From Hyalangium minutum (GTDB taxonomy: Bacteria > Myxococcota > Myxococcia > Myxococcales > Myxococcaceae), in the NCBI RefSeq assembly GCF_000737315.1, contig NZ_JMCB01000002.1, forward strand, positions 558,001-622,000: 64,000 bases of DNA. The letters run 5' to 3'. This document shows positions 57,788 to 64,000 of the stretch, piece by piece. Below the pieces are notes generated by a model. That model had not been told where the DNA came from. It made no database searches and saw nothing but the letters and a program-made list of their open reading frames with translations. The number at the start of each line of letters is the position of its first letter. Position 1 is the first letter of the stretch. A program made the position numbers and the translations under genes.

Positions 57788-58904
57788 CTTCGTCGCCACA
57801 GGAGGCATGGACCGCGCGAACCTGGCGCTGGCGCACTACCTCGCGCGCCAGGGCGGCCCTGTGCGGCTTGTGGCGCATCGGGTGGCGGACGAGCTGCTCG
57901 CCTTCTCCAACGTGCGCTTCGTGCAGGTGCCCAAGCCCGCGGGGGCGTACATGCTCGGCGAGCCCATCCTGGATGCAGTGGGACGGCTCTGGGCGCTGCG
58001 CACGCACGCCGAGGGTGGGCAGGTGCTGGCCAATGGTGGCAATTGCTCGGTGCCTGCGGCCAACTGGGTCCACTATGTTCATGGAGCGTATGCCTCCTCG
58101 GGTACCGGTTCCCTGCTCCGGCGCATCAAGGGCCGGATAAGCCACCGGCTGTACCTGCGCGGCGAGCGCCAGGCCCTGCGGCGCGCTCGCGTCATCATCG
58201 CGAACTCGGAGCGGACGAAGGCGGACCTCGTGGCGGCCACCGGGGCGGTTCCCGAGCGCGTCCACGTCATCTATTACGGCATCGATTCGGAGCGCTTCCG
58301 GCCGCGCACGGCTCAGGAGCGCGTGGAGGCTCGCGCGGCGCTGGAGTGGCCGGAGGGGCGGCGGGTGGCGCTGTTCGTGGGCGCGCTGGGAGACCAGCGC
58401 AAGGGTTTCGACACGGTCTTCCCGGCGTGGGTGCAGCTGTGCGCTCGCGGCGACTGGAACGTGGATCTAAAGGTGGTGGGCGTGGGAGCACAGCGCGAGC
58501 ACTGGGAGCGCGAGGCCCGGGAGCGCGGGCTGGGCGAGCGCATCCAGTTCCTGGGCTTCCGCAAGGATGTTCCCCAGCTGATGGCCGCTGCGGATCTGCT
58601 GCTGGCGCCTACTCGCTATGAGGCCTACGGGCTCGGCGTCCACGAGGCGCTGTGCACGGGGCTTCCGGCCCTGGTGAGCCGGACGGCGGGAGTGGCCGAG
58701 CGCTACCCATCCGAGCTGAAGGCGCTGCTGCTCGATGATCCGAATGATGTCGGGGAGCTGGTGCGGCGGCTGGAGGACTGGAGGACTCACGAGGCGGAGT
58801 TCGCGCCGCACATCGCGGCATTGGCCGAGCGTCTGCGGTCGCACACGTGGGACTCCATGTCGGCTCAGATCGTGGAGTTGCTGGAGCGCGAGCACTACCG
58901 GTAG
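57759..58904 (+). CDS. GT4 glycosyltransferase
   Basis: GGMD, RKG, YEAYGLGVHEAL. Confidence 0.9.
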   Translation: MRPYTLIAGDFVATGGMDRANLALAHYLARQGGPVRLVAHRVADELLAFSNVRFVQVPKPAGAYMLGEPILDAVGRLWALRTHAEGGQVLANGGNCSVPAANWVHYVHGAYASSGTGSLLRRIKGRISHRLYLRGERQALRRARVIIANSERTKADLVAATGAVPERVHVIYYGIDSERFRPRTAQERVEARAALEWPEGRRVALFVGALGDQRKGFDTVFPAWVQLCARGDWNVDLKVVGVGAQREHWEREARERGLGERIQFLGFRKDVPQLMAAADLLLAPTRYEAYGLGVHEALCTGLPALVSRTAGVAERYPSELKALLLDDPNDVGELVRRLEDWRTHEAEFAPHIAALAERLRSHTWDSMSAQIVELLEREHYR

Positions 58905-58913
58905 GGCCGGGGC

Positions 58914-60056
58914 TCAGCCGAGCACGGACTCGAAGAAGCTCAGGTGCTCGCGCGCCACCACGGGCCACGCGAACCGTGTCACGGCGCGCTCGCGCCCCCG
59001 TGCGGACAGCTCGCGGCGGCGGTCCGGGCTCTCCAGCAGCTCCGCCAGCGCCGAGGTCCATGCCGCCACATCCGTCTCGGGCACCACGCGGGCCGCGTCG
59101 CCTGCGGTGTGGGGGATCTCTCCAGAGTCACTGGTCAGCACGGGCACGCCGCATGCGAACCCCTCCGCGAGCATCCGGCCGAACTGTTCCTTCCAGCGCG
59201 GCGTCGTCTGGCTCGGGGCGCACAGCACGTCCATGGCGTTGAGCACCTGAGGCACCTGGGCGTGTGGCACCCCCGTGACGATGCGGACCTTGTCACCGTG
59301 GGGCTCGGCCCACGCGCGCAGGCTCGCCTCCAGCGGGCCGCCTCCGACGAAGAGGGCTCGCCAGGGCGTGGTGAGTCTCTCCAGCACGCGCCGCAGCAGC
59401 TCCACGCCCTTCTCCGGCACGAAGCGCCCCAGGTACCCCACCACCGGTGGGCCCTGCTCCTGCCACCCGAGCTCCCGGAGGAAGTCCTCCCCCGCAGCCC
59501 TGTCCGGCTGGAAGAGCTCCACGTCCACGCCCATGGGGATGTAGCGCGCCGGGCGCTCGGCATAGCCGGGCCGTGCGAGGAGGTTCTGCTTCACCGTCTC
59601 TCCGAAGGCGATCCACCCCGCCGAGCGCCGCACCACCCAGCGCTCGAGCTGGGCGAACGGCGGCGGGTAGCGCTTGGACAGGTTCTGCGCCGTGGAGAAC
59701 ACGAGCGGCACGTGCTTCGGTGCGAGCAGCGCCACCTCCGCTCCCGCGAACACGTAGGGCTCCTCCCACGCGTGGACCAGGTCCACGCCTCGCGCCAGCT
59801 TCTCGCGCAGCGCTGGGCCGTAGACGAACACATGCGCCGAGCGGCTGAAGAGGGCGCGCACCGGCTCCACGAAGCTGGCCTCTCCCGGCTCGCGCTGAAG
59901 CTGAATGGGGCTCAGGTCCCCGTGGAAGAAGCGCGGCGCCACCGCCGTCACCTCCCACTGGCCTGCGCCCACCCGCGCCATCTCGTTGGCCAGCCGCCGG
60001 TTGAGCGTGACGACGTACGAGTGAGAGACGCTGACCAGCCGGCGGGCTCGCTTCAC
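58914..60056 (-). CDS. GT4 glycosyltransferase
   Basis: GRFVPEKG, EQFGRMLAEGFACG; GTG start at 60056 overlaps the upstream TGA. Confidence 0.9.
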   Translation of the reverse strand: MKRARRLVSVSHSYVVTLNRRLANEMARVGAGQWEVTAVAPRFFHGDLSPIQLQREPGEASFVEPVRALFSRSAHVFVYGPALREKLARGVDLVHAWEEPYVFAGAEVALLAPKHVPLVFSTAQNLSKRYPPPFAQLERWVVRRSAGWIAFGETVKQNLLARPGYAERPARYIPMGVDVELFQPDRAAGEDFLRELGWQEQGPPVVGYLGRFVPEKGVELLRRVLERLTTPWRALFVGGGPLEASLRAWAEPHGDKVRIVTGVPHAQVPQVLNAMDVLCAPSQTTPRWKEQFGRMLAEGFACGVPVLTSDSGEIPHTAGDAARVVPETDVAAWTSALAELLESPDRRRELSARGRERAVTRFAWPVVAREHLSFFESVLG

Positions 60057-61288
60057 GGTGCGTCCCCGGCGCTCACGAGCGAGCGATAGATGTCCAGGAT
60101 CTCCCGTGCGTAGCGGTCCCGCGAGAAGCGCTCGACCGCCGTGCGCCGTGCCGCCTGTCCCAGCCGCTCGCGCAGCGCCGGATCCTCGGCCAGTTGGCGC
60201 ATCGCTCGCGCCAGCGCCTCCGTGTCTCCCGAGGGCAGCGTCAGTGCATCCACGCCCTCGGTGAGCAGCTCCGCCGCGCCACTCGCACGAGAGATGATCG
60301 CCGGCCGCCCGCAGGCCAGCGCCTCCGCGATGGTGAGGCCGAACGGCTCCCGGCGGGTGCTCGCGTGGACGAAGATGTCGAGCGCCCGGTAGACGGCCTC
60401 GGGCTCGCGCTGGAAAGGCACCAGCCCCACGTGCCCTCCCAGTCCCCAGTGACTCATGCGTCCTCGCAGCTCCTCCTCGGAGTACTGCGAGTCCTGCGTA
60501 CGGTAGAGCGGCGAGCCCACGAGGTAAAAGCGCGCGGGCAAACCCGGACGCTGCTGCAGCAACCGGGCCGCTGCCTCGAGGAACACCTCCTGGCCCTTCC
60601 ACCGTGCATAGGTGGCCACCAGCCCTATGCGCAGGATGCCCTCGGGGGCAGGTGGCAGCCCGGCCAGCGCATCCAGCCGTGAGCCTTCTCCCTGTGCCGG
60701 AGCGAAGCGCTCCACGTCCACTCCGTTGTAGACGACCTGCACAGGCACCGAGCCCAGCACCTCGCGGGCATCCATGCCCACGGCGCGCGAGTTGGCGATG
60801 GCCAGCGTCGCCAGGGGCCGCAAGCCGCGCAGGGCCTGGCGCACCAGCGGGCGCTCGCCGATGAAATCATGGATGTGCCAGACGCGCGGCACGGGCAGGC
60901 CCACGGTGGCGGGGCTCAGCAGGTGCGTCTTGATGCCGTTCGAGTGGATCAGCTGAGGCCGCAGCGCGCGGACCTCGCGGCGAAGCTCCCGGAGGTAGCC
61001 CGTGAGCAGCCCGGGCGCCGGTGCCAGTCCCTTCGCGAGCCCCCACAACGCCCGGGCCCCCTGGCCGCGCAGGCCACTGTCGCCCAGCGCGGAGAGCTGC
61101 TCGGGAAGTGGAAGGAGCCGGGCATCCACACCGAGCGCCCGCGCCTCGTCCAAGAGGGGGCCCTCGGTACCTGCCAGCAAGTGCAACGAGAGCGTGGGCT
61201 CGAGCCGGCGCAGGCACGCGAGCAGATCCAGCAGCGCGCGCTCGGCCCCGCCAAGCACTCCCACGGGATTGAGGAAGAGGATGCGCAA
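60053..61288 (-). CDS. GT4 glycosyltransferase
   Basis: GGAE, WKGQ, EPFGLTIAEALACG. Confidence 0.9.
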   Translation of the reverse strand: MRILFLNPVGVLGGAERALLDLLACLRRLEPTLSLHLLAGTEGPLLDEARALGVDARLLPLPEQLSALGDSGLRGQGARALWGLAKGLAPAPGLLTGYLRELRREVRALRPQLIHSNGIKTHLLSPATVGLPVPRVWHIHDFIGERPLVRQALRGLRPLATLAIANSRAVGMDAREVLGSVPVQVVYNGVDVERFAPAQGEGSRLDALAGLPPAPEGILRIGLVATYARWKGQEVFLEAAARLLQQRPGLPARFYLVGSPLYRTQDSQYSEEELRGRMSHWGLGGHVGLVPFQREPEAVYRALDIFVHASTRREPFGLTIAEALACGRPAIISRASGAAELLTEGVDALTLPSGDTEALARAMRQLAEDPALRERLGQAARRTAVERFSRDRYAREILDIYRSLVSAGDAP

Positions 61289-61341
61289 GGCCCGGAGACC
61301 GAATCAGACCGGCTCCGGGCGGTCAAGCCAGACGCGAGCGG

Positions 61342-61974
61342 CTAGTTGCAGTTCACGTCGTTGTTGATGTTGAACGGCTCGCCGGGAGTGACGTGCACCG
61401 TCACGCCGCCGGTGGACGGGCAGGCGGCGGCCACCTCTCCCTCGGTAGAAGAGACGAGCCAGGTGTCCGCGCCATCGGCGGGGTTGTTGTCCACGTCGCC
61501 CGCGGCGAACGCCAGGAAGTCCCAGCTCCCATCATCCCCGAAGATGCCCGCCTCTGTGCTCATGCCGGGAGCATTGTTCCAGCTGGCGCTGGGCGGGTTC
61601 ACCACGGTGAACGCATCCGGGAAGGCGGCGTTCTTGAACGTGTCCGCACCGATGCACGTGTCATGCGGGTGAATGATGGGGTGCTGGTTGCGGCGATCCT
61701 CGAAGGAGCTGCAGGAGTCCTCGAGGTGGTAGCTGTAGCGGTTGCCGCGCTCGGGGGTGAAGCCAGTGGCGTGCACGTCCGCCACGGGCATGCGCTGCAG
61801 GGTGCGCATGCTCGTGTAGAGGCTCTTGAGGTTGGTGCCCACCTCGGCCTGACGGGCGCGCGCCTGGAAGCGCAGGAAACTCGGAATAGCGATGCTTGCC
61901 AGGACTCCGATGATCGACACGACGATCATGAGCTCGATCAGGGTGAATCCGCGCGAGTGAAGACGGCTCCTCAT
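61342..61974 (-). CDS. Type IVa major-pilin-like protein (PilA paralog)
   Basis: RG|FTLIELMIVV prepilin cleavage site; FQARARQAE..TNLK.LY and GF.PERGNRY.Y segments typical of myxobacterial PilA; C-terminal cysteines. Confidence 0.9.
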   Translation of the reverse strand: MRSRLHSRGFTLIELMIVVSIIGVLASIAIPSFLRFQARARQAEVGTNLKSLYTSMRTLQRMPVADVHATGFTPERGNRYSYHLEDSCSSFEDRRNQHPIIHPHDTCIGADTFKNAAFPDAFTVVNPPSASWNNAPGMSTEAGIFGDDGSWDFLAFAAGDVDNNPADGADTWLVSSTEGEVAAACPSTGGVTVHVTPGEPFNINNDVNCN

Positions 61975-62019
61975 GGGGGCTCCTTGAGAGGGACCTGAAA
62001 GTCAGTGCCCAGCCAAGAG

Positions 62020-62035
62020 AGCAAGCGGCGAGCCA
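62020..62035 (-). promoter_or_regulatory. Putative sigma54 promoter of the pilA paralog
   Basis: Minus strand TGGCTCGCCGCTTGCT: GG-N10-GC with TTGCT, 45 bp upstream of the ATG. Confidence 0.6.
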
Positions 62036-62269
62036 TACGCCACGTGGCGAACACCCCCTCCTTGTGACGAAAAGCGGCGGTGGAGGCAGGTGCAGAGAGA
62101 CTGTGAGAGATCCAACCATCTTGGATCCTCACAATGCGGGAAGCGGGATCAGATCCGCGCGGACTGTCCTGGGTGCAGTGGGCCTGCACACCGCGTCAGG
62201 ACCGCTGTGTGTTCACTGCAGACCGCGACCCGCGTCACACTCCGATGCAAGGGAGTGAACGACATGCCC

Positions 62270-62294
62270 AAAATTGTCAGGAGGTGACAATTTT
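62270..62294. promoter_or_regulatory. AT-rich perfect palindrome, candidate activator/operator site
   Basis: AAAATTGTCA-GGAGG-TGACAATTTT, with a further TTGTC half-site at 62294-62298. Confidence 0.6.
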
Positions 62295-62399
62295 TGTCGC
62301 TGTCTCCAGGAGCGGGGTTCCACGGGCGCACAATCTTTCCACCGGTGCCACACAGGGGCACTCACAGGGGCGGCGCACAGCGAGGAACGAAGAGCAGTA

Positions 62400-63596
62400 T
62401 TACCCGAGTGCCCCGGTTCTCGCAACTCTCCTGGGAGCCTTGCGTAACCAGTGGCGGGCGGGCTCTTCCACGAACTGGAAGAGGACGAGCGAGGCGGCCA
62501 CGGCGGCGGGGGCGAGGAGCAAAGCGACGGTGTTGTGGGGAAGGGTGAGGGTGCGCGTGTTGAGGGCCAGCGCGAAGCCCATCAGCGAGCCGTGAGTGAG
62601 GTAGAGCGCGTAGCTGGCGCCGCCGAGCCGGAGGAGCGGTCGTGTCCCCATCCCCATCCCACTCCAGGCCACGCCGCATGCGAGCAGCCAGATGCAGACA
62701 GCGAACAAGGGGACGAGCACCCCCATCTGGACGATGGCCGAGGGCGTGGGAGGCAGGAGGATGAGCACGGCGGCGATGGCGCCGATGGTGGTGATCAGGC
62801 CCGCCGTGCGCCAGGCCTGGCTGCCCTGACGCGTGCGGCGGCAGAACAGCAGTCCGAGGCACAGGCCCAGGACGAACTCGGGCAGCCGCAGGAGCGGGAC
62901 GAGCTGGCTCGGCAGTTCGCTCCAGGCCGTGAGGATACGCACGGTGAGCGCGCCGGTGCCCTGCGCGCCGAGGCTCGAGACCAGCTCACCCGCGAGGAAG
63001 GGAGCCATGCCGAGCACCCAGGCGCTTACGGCCACGGAGAGCAGCCGCCGCGAGGACTGCCGTGCGAGCCAGACGCCCAGGAAGGGGAACAGCGCGTAGA
63101 AGAACGCCTCGGCCGAGAGCGTCCACGCCATGGTGTTCCAGACGGGGCGGCCGCCCTCGAGCCAGGCCTGGGTGAGGGTGAGCGTGGCGGCGCAGATTTG
63201 GGCCACCTCGCCGGGGGCCGCGGTGGGCTCGGCGTGGGAGAGCAGACGCAGGAAGAGGGGGAGGTCCACCGCCAGCGCGAGCAGGTAGATGGGGTAGATG
63301 CGCGCGAAGCGGGCCCGGTAGAAATCGCGCGTCGTCCCGACGAACCCGCCCCGCTCGTCCAGGTAGTTGTAGGCGAGGATGAAGCCGGACAGGACGAAGA
63401 AGAGGCTCACCGTGGTGAAGCCCGCTCGGAACAGGTTGCCGAGGAAGGCCGGAGCGTTGGGCTCACAGGGCGGGCAGTAGAAGTGGTAGCTGACCACGCC
63501 CAGGGCGGCGAAGAAGCGCAGGCCGGTGCACGCATCGAGCGGCGGACGGCGAAGGGCGGGAGCGGGGGAGGAGGCCATGAACGCGGAGGGCGCCAT
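62400..63596 (-). CDS. Acyltransferase family 3 (OafA-like polysaccharide O-acetyltransferase)
   Basis: LDACTGLRF, LFFVLSGF, RFARIYP, WTLSAEAFFY, SYALYLTH, VEEP. Confidence 0.9.
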   Translation of the reverse strand: MAPSAFMASSPAPALRRPPLDACTGLRFFAALGVVSYHFYCPPCEPNAPAFLGNLFRAGFTTVSLFFVLSGFILAYNYLDERGGFVGTTRDFYRARFARIYPIYLLALAVDLPLFLRLLSHAEPTAAPGEVAQICAATLTLTQAWLEGGRPVWNTMAWTLSAEAFFYALFPFLGVWLARQSSRRLLSVAVSAWVLGMAPFLAGELVSSLGAQGTGALTVRILTAWSELPSQLVPLLRLPEFVLGLCLGLLFCRRTRQGSQAWRTAGLITTIGAIAAVLILLPPTPSAIVQMGVLVPLFAVCIWLLACGVAWSGMGMGTRPLLRLGGASYALYLTHGSLMGFALALNTRTLTLPHNTVALLLAPAAVAASLVLFQFVEEPARHWLRKAPRRVARTGALG

Positions 63597-63617
63597 CGTA
63601 TCAGCCCCCCAGGGCGC

Positions 63618-64000
63618 TCAGCGTTGGAGACGCTGTTGGTAGGCCGCGAGCACCGTGCGCGCGTGTGCCTGCCAGGTGAAGTGCCGGGCACGCTCGAGGC
63701 GCAGCTCACGAGGGGGAGGCAGGTGCCGGCCGGACAGGAGCGCATCGATCGTCTCCGTCCACCCGGTGACGTGGCCGACCGGGCAGTAGAGGCACGCGGT
63801 GTCGCCCACTTCGCGCAGCACCGGGAGCGCGCTGGCGACCACGGGCGCTCCGCAGGCGAGCGCTTCGATGACCGGGAGCCCGAAGCCCTCGGCTTCGCTG
63901 GGAACGAGCACGGCCTGGGCCCGGCGGTAGAGCCCCGCGAGTGTGGCCCGGTTCAGCTTGGGAGGCTGCAGCAGCGCATCGCCGATGCCGAGGCGCGCCA
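63618..64000 (-). CDS. GT4 glycosyltransferase, C-terminal part (5' end outside the window)
   Basis: Frame open to the window edge; PSEAEGFGLPVIEALACG. Confidence 0.85.
   Translation of the reverse strand, partial: ARLGIGDALLQPPKLNRATLAGLYRRAQAVLVPSEAEGFGLPVIEALACGAPVVASALPVLREVGDTACLYCPVGHVTGWTETIDALLSGRHLPPPRELRLERARHFTWQAHARTVLAAYQQRLQR

Noticed and set aside
60057-60602. Extended N-terminus of the 58914..60602 ORF as an overlapping gene
   Set aside because: It lies in an alternate frame of the upstream GT4; the GTGA overlap at 60053-60056 marks the likely start.

Overview
High-GC myxobacterial chromosomal window (Myxococcaceae/Archangiaceae-like gene set). In order it holds: a thermolysin-like M4 lipoprotein (cut by the window start); an alpha/beta hydrolase; the gliding adhesin cglD; a small alarmone synthetase; an orphan GltG-like FHA/TonB-C protein; a small Cys-rich lipoprotein plus partner cassette; plsC-cysK; a Tat-exported IorAB-type molybdoenzyme with a diheme cytochrome; an MshEN-domain protein; a secreted alpha-2-macroglobulin/thioester protein divergent from a second M4 protease; a Ser/Thr kinase; a metallophosphoesterase; an omega-aminotransferase; an unusual ~2,000-aa ThDP-enzyme/acyl-adenylate ligase/carrier protein/acyltransferase fusion preceded by a PKS dehydratase remnant and a CsgA-like SDR; a YdbH/YdbL-like operon with a TolB-propeller/TPR protein; a SitA5-type toxin/immunity pair; a GT2-methyltransferase/PII/GT-C operon; and part of a Wzx/Wzy-type polysaccharide cluster (fused Wzc, five GT4s, FkbM methyltransferase, Wzy-like protein, acyltransferase-3) containing a PilA paralog with its own sigma54-like promoter. 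I saw no rRNA, tRNA, CRISPR array or intact transposase. The strongest novelty candidates are the ThDP-A-T-C megasynthase and the thioester protein carrying a complement-C3-like catalytic His. All family calls are by-eye motif recognition, with no database searches.
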